Shown here piece after piece: positions 44,889 through 55,254 of a stretch of DNA of 64,000 nt. The stretch is taken from assembly GCA_020696385.1 (NCBI GenBank), contig JAEHCQ010000008.1, positions 1-64,000 on the forward strand. The letters are read 5' to 3'. The notes under the pieces are model-generated. The model was given only the letters and a program-made list of their open reading frames with translations. It had not been told where the DNA came from and did no database searches. Numbering within the stretch: the stretch's first letter is position 1; each line of letters opens with the position of its first letter. This stretch comes from Methanobacteriota archaeon. GTDB taxonomy: Archaea > Thermoplasmatota > Thermoplasmata > SG8-5 > JAGLSY01. The translations under genes and the position numbers were made by a program.

Positions 44889-47654
44889 CTATTGTTTGGT
44901 ATCCTCGACATCGATAGTCGTATCTGGATATGTGACCTCTTCAGTCACTTTAGAGTCAGACTCATCAATGGTTTCCTCAGCCGATGCATCATTTACTGGC
45001 TCGGACCCCTTACCTTTCATTTTCCAGATAACCAAGACCACTATGACCACCACTACTCCGATGATCATGGCGAGCAGCAGTGTGTTATTGCCATTATTAT
45101 CATCATCGTTGGTGTCGTCATCATCAGTGTTGTCATCACCTGGCAGTCCATCTGCAACCTCATAGGAAGTGGCATCTGTAAGTGATAATTCATTCCCCCA
45201 GTCATCGAAGGCCACTATCTTGTAATAAGGAGTGGAGCCAGGACTTGTATCAGTGAAGGTACGAGCACCAGCTGTGACATTACCGATCTCCGTGTATGTT
45301 CCGGTTTCCGAGTCCGCTCTGTAGATCCTGAAGCCAGCCAGATAGTCTTCCGCAATGTAATTCCAATCGATCTGGACATCGCCATCATCCAAAGGTGTCA
45401 GAGTGATATCCTGAACTTGTGAAGGGGGCAAAGAGTCCTTCACAAAGAGCTCGGTCATGACATCCGTGGGTGTGGCATACAGACCACTGCCATCGATGGC
45501 CGTGAAGAAGTAAGAATACTCACCAGCTGGCAGGTTCAATATATGGCTGTATAATATCGGAACCGTGATGTCAATGCCAGGCATTGTGGACATATTGAAA
45601 GGACTATCAATTATCTCATTCCCACCCTTCAATATGTGGAGTTTTGGCTCACCGATATCTGGAAGATACCCATCATCCCAATATAAGATGCTGAATAGGT
45701 AATTTGTATTTATGTCTCCCACATTTGGATGCAGACCATCTGCATGATCTGTATCCGAAGGCCAGATAAGCTCAGGAGGCGTATTCATTCGATATGGCAC
45801 AAGAAGCTCAGTGGCCGCTACATCCAGACCGGGATATGTAGGGTCGTCCCACGCATACATATAAAGGTCATATCCTCCGGCAGGCCAGCCAGTCGTGTTA
45901 ATGGTGATAGTGAAGTTCTCCACGGATGAGTCCAGCGCATCATCCGCGATACCAGATATTGCAGTCGACCACTTATGCTGGCCTACAGTGACATTGACAC
46001 CTCCGATATTCGAATTACCAGTCATATTATCAATGATCGTCAATCTGTAAGTCAGGCTCGAACTACTGGAACCGAGCTGTTTGGTCGTCGATATTGGATT
46101 TATCTCAGGAGGAACATCATCCAGGACGGTCAATTCCGCATGTTCTGAAGCGGAATTATTGTAATTGAAAGCAGAATCCCAGCCATGTACATGATACTCG
46201 AAAAGCCCAGCTTCGACAGGTGCTGGCACACTTCCACTTAGGCTCTCTTCCGTGCTGGTAGGGATATTATCCAGGGTCATATCGATTGATGATCCCCAGT
46301 TGTCCACACCAAGCGTGAAGTTCGCCCCTTCGATGTCCGAATCACCCAAGCCAGTATCATTCAGGTAAGCGGATAATGTAATGTTAATCTCGGACACATT
46401 GCTGAGCAGGTATGTCAGTTCAGTCTGGCCATTGACAAGCACATCGGAGATCGCGGGTGCCTGCTGATCCGTGGATATCACCAGTGTGGCCTTGGCCACT
46501 GGTGTGGAATTGAAATTATCAGCGGTATCATTTCCATAAACATAGATATCGAAGGAACCAGGCAGCATTGTGGTTGTGTCAATGCTGGCCGTCACATCCT
46601 CTGAATTTGAATCAAAGCCACCATCCGAGGCGACCATTGGCAGACTGCCAGTCCAATTCTGGTATCCGATGGTGTAATTGGCATATTTGATATTGGAATT
46701 TCCAGTTACAGAATCATTGAGCTTGGCAGTCAGTGTCACCGAGGTTCCTGGATAAACACCCTTGCTTGCCAGACCATCCAGAAGTACATTGGAGATATCT
46801 GGAGCGATATCATCAATGATCTCCAAAGTAGCGAATTTCTCGGTATTGGTATCATTGTAATTACTGTACTCATCCCAACCGTAGGGATAATAAGTGTAAA
46901 TTCCAGCCTCGATCGGCTTTGCCAGTTGTATTTCAAAGTTCTCGGTCGAGCTGTCCAGTGTGTCCAGAGGAGGCAAGGTCGTACCTGGCCAATTTTTCGA
47001 CCCCTTGGTGAAATTGGCGCCAGCTATATTGAAGCCACCACTGGCCACATCGGAAAGCGTCGCACTCAGCCATATGTCTGGGATGGCGGAGAGCATGTAC
47101 TGTCGAGTAGGCTGGCTGTTTATCTGGGCACCCATTATCCACGGTGCTTCATTATCCGGGATGGATTCTTCAATAGTATACGAATTGACGTTCCAGCCGT
47201 CAAGAGATGCTGTTCCATCTCCATCTGCAGCCAAGCCAGCCACATCTATATTGACTGAGCCAGTATGTCTGGAAGGTGCGGTCCAATCTATCAGCCATGT
47301 GCGGGTTGCATCCCCATTATGTGTGGCCTGCTTTCCACTTACCTGGACATCGGAATCACCACTGAAAAGAGTGCCTTCAGATATTTCCAGGCTAAAGCCG
47401 CCCTGGGTGGTGATGATCGCACTGGCTACAGTGATGGTAAGCGAATATGTCTGATCCGGAACATATTCAGCAGGCAGTCCGGTGATATCCACACTGACAG
47501 TGGGATCCGAAGTCCCGTGGCAGCTTCCACCACCACAACTTGTGGCATTGCCCATTTTTCCTGCAGTATATGCACTGGCTGGAAGAACCGCCATAATGCT
47601 TAATGCGATGATCACTAAAATTGCCTGGCCCTGTTTCTTGCTGATGCTGAACAT
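44889..47654 (-). CDS. Cell-surface protein: Reeler/choice-of-anchor-V-like N-terminal domain, repeated Ig-like modules, C-terminal TM
   Basis: Signal peptide; SCGGGSCH...P.EY.P.QTY...WTAP; four related modules (G.S.I.GAN.T.G...W); FN3-like unit; TM and acidic tail. Confidence 0.78.
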   Translation of the reverse strand: MFSISKKQGQAILVIIALSIMAVLPASAYTAGKMGNATSCGGGSCHGTSDPTVSVDITGLPAEYVPDQTYSLTITVASAIITTQGGFSLEISEGTLFSGDSDVQVSGKQATHNGDATRTWLIDWTAPSRHTGSVNIDVAGLAADGDGTASLDGWNVNSYTIEESIPDNEAPWIMGAQINSQPTRQYMLSAIPDIWLSATLSDVASGGFNIAGANFTKGSKNWPGTTLPPLDTLDSSTENFEIQLAKPIEAGIYTYYPYGWDEYSNYNDTNTEKFATLEIIDDIAPDISNVLLDGLASKGVYPGTSVTLTAKLNDSVTGNSNIKYANYTIGYQNWTGSLPMVASDGGFDSNSEDVTASIDTTTMLPGSFDIYVYGNDTADNFNSTPVAKATLVISTDQQAPAISDVLVNGQTELTYLLSNVSEINITLSAYLNDTGLGDSDIEGANFTLGVDNWGSSIDMTLDNIPTSTEESLSGSVPAPVEAGLFEYHVHGWDSAFNYNNSASEHAELTVLDDVPPEINPISTTKQLGSSSSSLTYRLTIIDNMTGNSNIGGVNVTVGQHKWSTAISGIADDALDSSVENFTITINTTGWPAGGYDLYMYAWDDPTYPGLDVAATELLVPYRMNTPPELIWPSDTDHADGLHPNVGDINTNYLFSILYWDDGYLPDIGEPKLHILKGGNEIIDSPFNMSTMPGIDITVPILYSHILNLPAGEYSYFFTAIDGSGLYATPTDVMTELFVKDSLPPSQVQDITLTPLDDGDVQIDWNYIAEDYLAGFRIYRADSETGTYTEIGNVTAGARTFTDTSPGSTPYYKIVAFDDWGNELSLTDATSYEVADGLPGDDNTDDDDTNDDDNNGNNTLLLAMIIGVVVVIVVLVIWKMKGKGSEPVNDASAEETIDESDSKVTEEVTYPDTTIDVEDTKQ

Positions 47655-47742
47655 GAATACCCCTCTTGATCGATGAAAGATGGTCTAAGGTAATATCCTT
47701 TCCCCATTATTTGGGAGCAAATAGAAGTGATCAGCTGCTGAT

Positions 47743-50700
47743 TCACTCGACCTCATCTTCGAGTCCAGTCTGCTCCGGCTCTGAATCCATTGATTCAGCC
47801 GGAGCGGGTTCTTCTGCTTCAGGTTCTTCCACAGGTTCTTCCATTGGTTCTTCCATTGGTTCCTCGGTGGTTCCTTCAGCTACCGGCTCATCCTTCTTGC
47901 CCTTTCCCTTCATTATAAGAAGGAGAGCAATTACACCGACCACGACGAGTATGAGGATGATGTATAGCCAGTTATTGGCGGGATCATCTTCATCATCAGC
48001 ATCATCATCGGGATCGTCATCCACATCTTCCACGATGTCATCCAGAATCAGATCCGTGGTAGAATCATCTGCTGTGTAGCCGTCATTCCACTCATCTGGA
48101 GCTCCGTCATTATCAGCATCCACGGAGGCCGCGGGGTCGGTCGGGAATGCATCACCATTGTCGCCTGTTCCGTCACCATCTGTATCGGTATCTTCCGTGG
48201 AATCTGATGGGAAGGCATCGGCATTGTCTCCAACACCATCACCGTCTGTGTCTGCGGTCTCATTGGCATCTGTTGGGAAAGCATCATCAGCATCTGGCAC
48301 GCCGTCATCATCTGTATCGGTAGGAACTACCTCGGCCCCAACCGTGTCATCCAGAGGATCCAGATCATCAACATCCAGAACTCCATCGCCATCATCATCA
48401 GGGTCCTCATTGTTGCCAATACCATCACCGTCTGTGTCCACGGTCTCATCAGGATCCGTCGGGAAGGCATCGTCTACATCTGGCACGCCATCTGCATCGT
48501 CATCGGTATCCGCATTGTCACCGATGCCATCATCATCGGTGTCTGTGTCTTCAGTTGGATCTGTTGGGAAATCATCCTCGGAATCAACCACGCCATCACC
48601 GTCATCATCACCATCTATGCCATCATGGTCACCATCGCCATCCGTGTCCAGTAAGAACAAGAGTGTGGCATTATTGTAGGCGATTCCACCATTTCCATCA
48701 CTCACACTGACACTGACATTGTAATAGCCTGCATCTGTTTCACCGGGATTCCCCGTGAACTCGCCAGTGACTGGATCGATATACATCCAGGATGATCCTG
48801 ATGTCAAGGTCCATGTTAGAGTATCATTTGTATCAGCATCAGTGGCTGTGAAGTTCATCGAGAAATTACTGCCTGTGTTAAAGGTTGATTCTGAGAAGCC
48901 ATTTGTCATGACTGGCAGGTCATTGACCCCAGTTATCGTGATGGTGACCGTGGCATTGTCAAATCCGCCATTGCCATCATGGATCATGTAGGTAAAGGTG
49001 TCAATCATACTCTCGCCAACACCCAGTCCCTGATATGTTGCATTATCATTCGTTAGGTAAGTGAATATGCCATCTGGATTTACGACCATATTGATACCAT
49101 TGGCAGTAACTGGATCATTGCCAACTACCTGATATATATCGGATGTATCGGGGTCATTGTCATTGGCCAGAACACCAGAGCCTCCTGCCACCAGAACAGT
49201 ATCCTCATCGATCGTGTATGCGTCGTCGACCGCTATTGGCATGTCATTGACACTTATCACTGTGATATTGACAGTGGCTGTATCTGTTCTCCCATTGCCA
49301 TCAGATATTGTGTAGTTGAAGAAGTCTGCTCCGAACCAATTTGCATCTGGCTCATAGGTCACATTCTTGCCAGCATCTATTATTACGACTGCTCCATTGA
49401 CACCCTGTGTCACACTTATTATTGTTAGATCATCACCATCTGCGTCGGTATCGTTGGCCAATACATCTATCGTATTGACACCACTGTCCTCAGTTGTCAT
49501 GTATGTGTCATTCGCCGCGATAGGTGGTGCATTGATGGTAACAATGCTCGTAACATCATTATTGGTCATGTCTGGGTCTGTAGTAGTGGATACAGAAGTT
49601 CCAGCCAGGTCGAATGTACCACTTTCATTGGCAGTTAAGTTGATCTGCAGACTGGCTGTTTCTCCATTTATCAAGGACACTATTGCCCATGACAGGCCAC
49701 CTTGCCACAAGATCGTGTCAGATGTTTGATTATTTCCCAGATATATCACATCATTCCCACTTCCCATTAAAGTGACATTGATATTCGCTGCATTGTTTGG
49801 GCCATCATTGGTGATGTTCGCGTAATATGTCACCGGATCACCAACATTTACAAAAGATGAAGCTAACTCCACAGTTAAATTAAGATCTGCTGATGGAGTT
49901 GCGGGAGTTGGGCCAACTGCCTGAAGGAATGGGTATGTATTTGTCTCATAGATGCCCCAGATAGTTGTGAAGTCCCAGTTCGTGAAGGTTGGCTGGAGCA
50001 TCATTTCTGAAGTTGTCTGGTCGATTCCACCAGCACTGGTTGCCCAGCCGGATGTTTCAGTGTCCCAATGACAGTCCGTGATGGTGCTAGCCCAATTGAC
50101 CCCTGCAAATCCGCCGGTCTCAGTATTACCAGTTACCAGACCAGTTGAGTAAGCATTCGTCAATGTGCTGGCTCCAGTGTGATTTCCAACAAAGCCACCG
50201 ACCCTGTAATTTCCAGTAACATCACTGTGGCTGTAGCTGTCGATTATATCACCATCTGCTGCCATATGTCCATTATGACCAACAAAGCCACCGACATTGT
50301 ATCCGGAAGCTGTCACGGTACCATCTGAATAACTTCTCTCAATGAGTCCTGTGTTACGACCGACAAAGCCGCCGAGGGTTCCACTTCCAATGACATCACC
50401 ATGCGCACTGGAGTTCTGGATAACTCCCAGACCCAGATTCTCACCAGCAAGACCGCCTACCCATGAATGTAAATCGGTCACTCCAGTATCTCCATAAGCA
50501 GAGCACCAGACTATTGTGCCTTCATTTCTGCCAACAAGCCCACCGATATAATTTCCAGCACCAATTACGGTACCATAAGCAGAGCTGTTAGTCACCATTG
50601 CACCAGGATTGATATACGCTATGAGGCCACCAACATTGAACTTACCTCCACTGACATTTCCATATGACTCACAGAAGGAAACTGTGGAAGATGACAATAA

Positions 50701-53700
50701 TCCGATAAGACCACCAGTGTTAAAATAATTCTCGCTTGTCCCTGCCATATTGTAAACATCACCATAACTTGTAGAATTGGTAACTGGAGCATCACATAAT
50801 CCAATTAGACCACCAGTATTGTTCTTGTAACCGATCACAGCCCCATTGAATTCACTGCTCTCAACAGATCCAGCTACAAGCCATCCGATAAGACCACCAA
50901 CGTTATCGCCAGTTCCATTGACAAGACCGTGTGATTCTGAGCCTATAACGGTTCCTTGTGAATATCCGACAAGGCCACCAGTATTTCCAACCCCTGTTGC
51001 ATTGGCATAGGAGAAACACGCATTCACAGTTCCGCCGTCCAGTGTTCCGATAAGGCCGCCGACATCCGTTGTGCCCGATCCAGATACGTTCTTGAAAGAT
51101 GTGCAGTTATTGATTGAGCCTGAACTGTCGTAACCGACTATTCCTCCGACATAATCTATTCCTGTGACATCAGCATACGATGTGCTGCCATTGACATATC
51201 CATATCCGGAGGAGCCGTCATTGTAGCCAACGATGCCACCAACGCAGACATCGGTTGAGCTCACAACCCCATAGTTGATGGAATCATGTACTGATCCATA
51301 GCTCTGGCCTACAATACCGCCAGCCGAATTATCTCCCTGTACTGGGCCGTAATTGATGGAGTCTGCGACAATTCCATAATTGTCACCCACGATACCACCG
51401 ATGCCCATTGTCCCCCCGAGGGTGCAGGTCACATTACCATGGTTCTCTACAAGGGTGATATTTCCATCATTGTAACCTGAGAAACCACCAATATAATTGC
51501 TCGAGCCTGAAACCGTCCCAAAGGACTGGCTATCGTAGATGAAACCATAATTGCGCGAACTGAATCCACCGATCCAACCGGTACCTGTGGTATTTCCAAA
51601 GGCCTGGCAGTCGATTATCTGTCCAGTGCCATAGTTCATGCATACGAAACCACCGTTCTCATTCCCACCAGTGACATCTCCAGATGCTGAACAATTGATG
51701 ATGGTCCCGCTGTTCTCGGCAATGAAGCCAGCCATTCCAGGTCTGGTTCCACCGTCAACGATTCCTGATGCCCAGGAATCACGTATGATACAATTATTCT
51801 GTAGCAGGCCAGCAAATCCTCCGGACAGGCTTCCGCCTAAAGAGAGAGCTATGTCTCCGGTCGTGGTGCAATTTGCCACAGTACCGCTGCTCATCATTCT
51901 TCCGACCACTCCTCCGGTATTGTCCCTGCCAGTTACATCTCCGGTATTGTGGCAATTGGAGATGCTAGCACTGGTGCTGACACCCACGATACCACCACAG
52001 ACATCACTGGAGGAATGGATGTCACCAGAATTATTGCTCCAGGATACATGGCCAATGCTCAGTTCTCCCACGACACCAGCAACATTGTTATCCGATCCTG
52101 ATATTATGCCAAAATTAGTGCAATCAGTTACATTGCCCTCATCCATCCTGCCGACAATTCCTCCTACAGAACCCCATCCAGTTACATTTCCATATGATGA
52201 ACAATTCTCAACTTCGCCATTAACGGCAAATCCTACAATTCCTCCAACAAGATAGAGTGGAGAATATACATCACCATAAGAAACTGAATTCATAATTATG
52301 CTATCAGCCTCTGTTGTGATTCCTACAATTCCTCCGATCCAGCCTGTATTGTTACTACTTACATTACCATAGGATATGCAATTATTAATTGTTCCATGCC
52401 CTAATTCACCAACGATCCCACCATTCATAGAGCCATAGCCAGTTATTTTACCATATGAGACACAGTTTTCTATGATACCTCCGCCGCGGTTATCTCCTGC
52501 AATTCCTCCAACACTCCCCCAATCTGTATCTGTTACATTTACATTCGCGGTACAGTTTTTGACTCCACCACTACTGATAAGGCCGACAATTCCACCACCC
52601 CATAAGCTACTACTGGTCACTGAACCATTAGAATGGCAATTATCTATAACAGAGTTACTCACGCACTGGCCAGCAACAATTCCTACACTTTGATATCCCG
52701 AAATATTAGCTCCCATAAGGTTAAGGTCCCCAACATAAGCCCCCCAGATTATGCCAAATAGACCATTGAAAAATTCATTCTGGCGGTCTATGAATATATA
52801 ATTGATATTGTATCCACCCCCATCCAGGCTCCCAGAGAAGGGGATTGTATTATTACCAACTGGCATGAATCCTTTTCCCCCATTACTGGCATTGGTCCCC
52901 CACATCTGGGTTGCTTCACTCGTATCGCTCACATCAATATCACTGACCACTTCATAATCTGCTGCCAGGTCCATCTGCATGAGTTGAAGTTCGTGTGAAT
53001 TGGTAATCTTGGTATCGTATTCCCATCTGAGGAAGGGTCGTGTATCGTTCTCCCACATTATCCAGTCATTGGTGAAATCCCATCCAGCTCCTGTGTATGT
53101 TGCCTCGGTAAGCGCCTGGGCGGTCGTGATGCCGGTTCCACCATCACTGGCTGCCTGGCCACTGGTATCAGTGTCCCAGAAGCAATTGATAATGTTGGCA
53201 CCATTATTGTTATCATCTGCAACAAGACCGCCAACAGGTGTGGATGTGGCAGTTATCTGGCCAGTGCTGTAACAATTTATAACATTAATTACGGCGCCAG
53301 TATTCGATCCTATCAAACCACCGACATATTCATCACCAGTGACAGAACCAGTGCTGTAACAGGCCCCTATGTTCCCATCAAGACTGGAACCAACAAGACC
53401 GCCAATAAAATCGCCACCTGCCGAGCCAGTACCAATGATCTCGCAATTTGCATAGCAGTCATAAACAGCCGCCATGGTCCATCCGGTTATACCACCGACA
53501 TACTGCTCTCCCCTGAGTGTGCCAGTGACATAGCAATCCATGAACATGCCCTCGCTAGCTCCGGCAATTCCAGCTATCCAGCCACCACCTGTTATGTTCA
53601 CATTCACAAGGCCGAGGCTCTGAACATCAAATGTGCTATCAGTGAACCCGAACAGGCTGTTGTAATTGTCACTGGGCCGGTTGATATAAAGATTGGTGAT

Positions 53701-55032
53701 CGTGAATCCCTGGCCATCAAAGGTCCCCTCGAACTTGGCCGTATTTATACCGATCCTATCGAATCCTCCTACCGAGGCAGGACTTGTCCCCCACATACTG
53801 GCAGGGTCTACAAGGTCGTCCATCACAATATCATTCATCAAAGTGTAATCCGCAGCTAGTGAGGCGGCGTTCATCTTCATCATCTGTAGCTGATGAGTAT
53901 TTCTTATTTCAGTATCCCACTCCATCCTTAGGAAGGGTCTTGTATAACCATCGACCATCCACCAGATCGTTCCAAAGTCCCAGCCACCATAACTTGCCTG
54001 AGTCATTGCCTGGGCGGTTGTAAGCCCAGTCTCTGGTCCTGCTGATGTTCCCAATCCAGACGTGTCAAGGTCCCAGTAGCAATTGGTCACTGTGCCGCTT
54101 GGTAAGTTACCTATAAAGCCACCACTGGTCCCACCAGTCGCACTGCCAGTGCTGTAGCAGTTCTCGATGGTCGTGCTACCTGTTTCCTGCATACTACCCA
54201 CGAATCCACCAACAAAATCGAACACAGCCTCGGCATCTCCCAACGCATATGAGTCATATATATCGCCAAAGTTGGAGCCAGCGAACCCGCCAACATAGGA
54301 TGAGGAGCTGTATACGCTTCCTGTGGCATAGCATCGGCGAATTTCACCAGTAACCTGATTAAAGCCAACAAGGCCGCCATTTGCCTGACTGCTTCCAATG
54401 ACATCCGCCTGGCTGTAGGAATCAAATATCTGGTTATGGTTATTGCCAACCAGACCTCCTACATAACCATCCGTGCCTACAACATTTCCGCTAGAGGAGG
54501 ATGACGTTATTGGACCAGCGGATGATTGGCCTACTAGACCACCTACACTTTGGGCTCCGAAAACCTCTCCAGAGACCATGCAGTTGTCTATAGCCCCATC
54601 ATTCTTGATACCCACAAGACCTCCTACCCAGTCATCTCCGGTTATGTCAACATCTACAAGATTGAGATTCCAAACGAGGGATCCAGTCGTCATGATGGAT
54701 ATCAATCCAACAAAATTCTCTGTTGGCCTGTTCATGTAAAGACCTGATATCGTGTAATTCTGACCATTGAAAGTACCTGCAAAGCCTCCTATGGTATCAA
54801 AACCCTGGCCCCCATTCCAGTTGACGGTTTCCGAGGCATCGATGTCATTCATCAGAATATGATCCTGGTCCCTGTGGCCATTGATATCCTGCAGGTCAGC
54901 AAGTGTGAATATCTGGTAAAGGGCTCTACCCTCATTCCCATCATCCTTACCCTGAACATCGTTCCCTATCATGATGATAAAACTACTGGCTATAAGCATG
55001 GCGCATATCAATATAGTGGATATTTTCCTCAT
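47743..55032 (-). CDS. Giant (2429 aa) cell-surface protein: GLUG-type repeats, DUF11, cadherin/Big_9-like domains, TSP3-like Ca-binding repeats, TM
   Basis: Dozens of VGG(L/I)VG repeats; ADL...TN.GP..A; N..P.A.ND...ED; DTDGDG.GDN.DAFP.D repeats; C-terminal TM. Confidence 0.88.
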   Translation of the reverse strand: MRKISTILICAMLIASSFIIMIGNDVQGKDDGNEGRALYQIFTLADLQDINGHRDQDHILMNDIDASETVNWNGGQGFDTIGGFAGTFNGQNYTISGLYMNRPTENFVGLISIMTTGSLVWNLNLVDVDITGDDWVGGLVGIKNDGAIDNCMVSGEVFGAQSVGGLVGQSSAGPITSSSSSGNVVGTDGYVGGLVGNNHNQIFDSYSQADVIGSSQANGGLVGFNQVTGEIRRCYATGSVYSSSSYVGGFAGSNFGDIYDSYALGDAEAVFDFVGGFVGSMQETGSTTIENCYSTGSATGGTSGGFIGNLPSGTVTNCYWDLDTSGLGTSAGPETGLTTAQAMTQASYGGWDFGTIWWMVDGYTRPFLRMEWDTEIRNTHQLQMMKMNAASLAADYTLMNDIVMDDLVDPASMWGTSPASVGGFDRIGINTAKFEGTFDGQGFTITNLYINRPSDNYNSLFGFTDSTFDVQSLGLVNVNITGGGWIAGIAGASEGMFMDCYVTGTLRGEQYVGGITGWTMAAVYDCYANCEIIGTGSAGGDFIGGLVGSSLDGNIGACYSTGSVTGDEYVGGLIGSNTGAVINVINCYSTGQITATSTPVGGLVADDNNNGANIINCFWDTDTSGQAASDGGTGITTAQALTEATYTGAGWDFTNDWIMWENDTRPFLRWEYDTKITNSHELQLMQMDLAADYEVVSDIDVSDTSEATQMWGTNASNGGKGFMPVGNNTIPFSGSLDGGGYNINYIFIDRQNEFFNGLFGIIWGAYVGDLNLMGANISGYQSVGIVAGQCVSNSVIDNCHSNGSVTSSSLWGGGIVGLISSGGVKNCTANVNVTDTDWGSVGGIAGDNRGGGIIENCVSYGKITGYGSMNGGIVGELGHGTINNCISYGNVSSNNTGWIGGIVGITTEADSIIMNSVSYGDVYSPLYLVGGIVGFAVNGEVENCSSYGNVTGWGSVGGIVGRMDEGNVTDCTNFGIISGSDNNVAGVVGELSIGHVSWSNNSGDIHSSSDVCGGIVGVSTSASISNCHNTGDVTGRDNTGGVVGRMMSSGTVANCTTTGDIALSLGGSLSGGFAGLLQNNCIIRDSWASGIVDGGTRPGMAGFIAENSGTIINCSASGDVTGGNENGGFVCMNYGTGQIIDCQAFGNTTGTGWIGGFSSRNYGFIYDSQSFGTVSGSSNYIGGFSGYNDGNITLVENHGNVTCTLGGTMGIGGIVGDNYGIVADSINYGPVQGDNSAGGIVGQSYGSVHDSINYGVVSSTDVCVGGIVGYNDGSSGYGYVNGSTSYADVTGIDYVGGIVGYDSSGSINNCTSFKNVSGSGTTDVGGLIGTLDGGTVNACFSYANATGVGNTGGLVGYSQGTVIGSESHGLVNGTGDNVGGLIGWLVAGSVESSEFNGAVIGYKNNTGGLIGLCDAPVTNSTSYGDVYNMAGTSENYFNTGGLIGLLSSSTVSFCESYGNVSGGKFNVGGLIAYINPGAMVTNSSAYGTVIGAGNYIGGLVGRNEGTIVWCSAYGDTGVTDLHSWVGGLAGENLGLGVIQNSSAHGDVIGSGTLGGFVGRNTGLIERSYSDGTVTASGYNVGGFVGHNGHMAADGDIIDSYSHSDVTGNYRVGGFVGNHTGASTLTNAYSTGLVTGNTETGGFAGVNWASTITDCHWDTETSGWATSAGGIDQTTSEMMLQPTFTNWDFTTIWGIYETNTYPFLQAVGPTPATPSADLNLTVELASSFVNVGDPVTYYANITNDGPNNAANINVTLMGSGNDVIYLGNNQTSDTILWQGGLSWAIVSLINGETASLQINLTANESGTFDLAGTSVSTTTDPDMTNNDVTSIVTINAPPIAANDTYMTTEDSGVNTIDVLANDTDADGDDLTIISVTQGVNGAVVIIDAGKNVTYEPDANWFGADFFNYTISDGNGRTDTATVNITVISVNDMPIAVDDAYTIDEDTVLVAGGSGVLANDNDPDTSDIYQVVGNDPVTANGINMVVNPDGIFTYLTNDNATYQGLGVGESMIDTFTYMIHDGNGGFDNATVTITITGVNDLPVMTNGFSESTFNTGSNFSMNFTATDADTNDTLTWTLTSGSSWMYIDPVTGEFTGNPGETDAGYYNVSVSVSDGNGGIAYNNATLLFLLDTDGDGDHDGIDGDDDGDGVVDSEDDFPTDPTEDTDTDDDGIGDNADTDDDADGVPDVDDAFPTDPDETVDTDGDGIGNNEDPDDDGDGVLDVDDLDPLDDTVGAEVVPTDTDDDGVPDADDAFPTDANETADTDGDGVGDNADAFPSDSTEDTDTDGDGTGDNGDAFPTDPAASVDADNDGAPDEWNDGYTADDSTTDLILDDIVEDVDDDPDDDADDEDDPANNWLYIILILVVVGVIALLLIMKGKGKKDEPVAEGTTEEPMEEPMEEPVEEPEAEEPAPAESMDSEPEQTGLEDEVE

Positions 55033-55116
55033 ATAAATCCCTCAATTTATCCTATGGGGAAGTATATCCTATTAATGGCATTAATAAATATGTATAATAT
55101 GTTCGCTCGGGCTTAT

Positions 55117-55157
55117 TTTACTTGAATCTTATAGTCTCAACATTGAACTCATCATCC
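55117..55157 (-). repeat. Diverged duplicate of the last 13 codons of the RHH-proteasome-alpha gene
   Basis: 36/41 identity to 55254-55294; encodes DDEFNVETIRFK* versus DKEFNVETIRFK*. Confidence 0.85.
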
Positions 55158-55254
55158 GGAAGCCTTTTCTTTTACGCTCATTGTGCTGGCTCGGGCTCCA
55201 AAAGAACAAGTATTCCATTGCAAAAGAAAAATCGCCCTCACCTGCTCATTCGCT

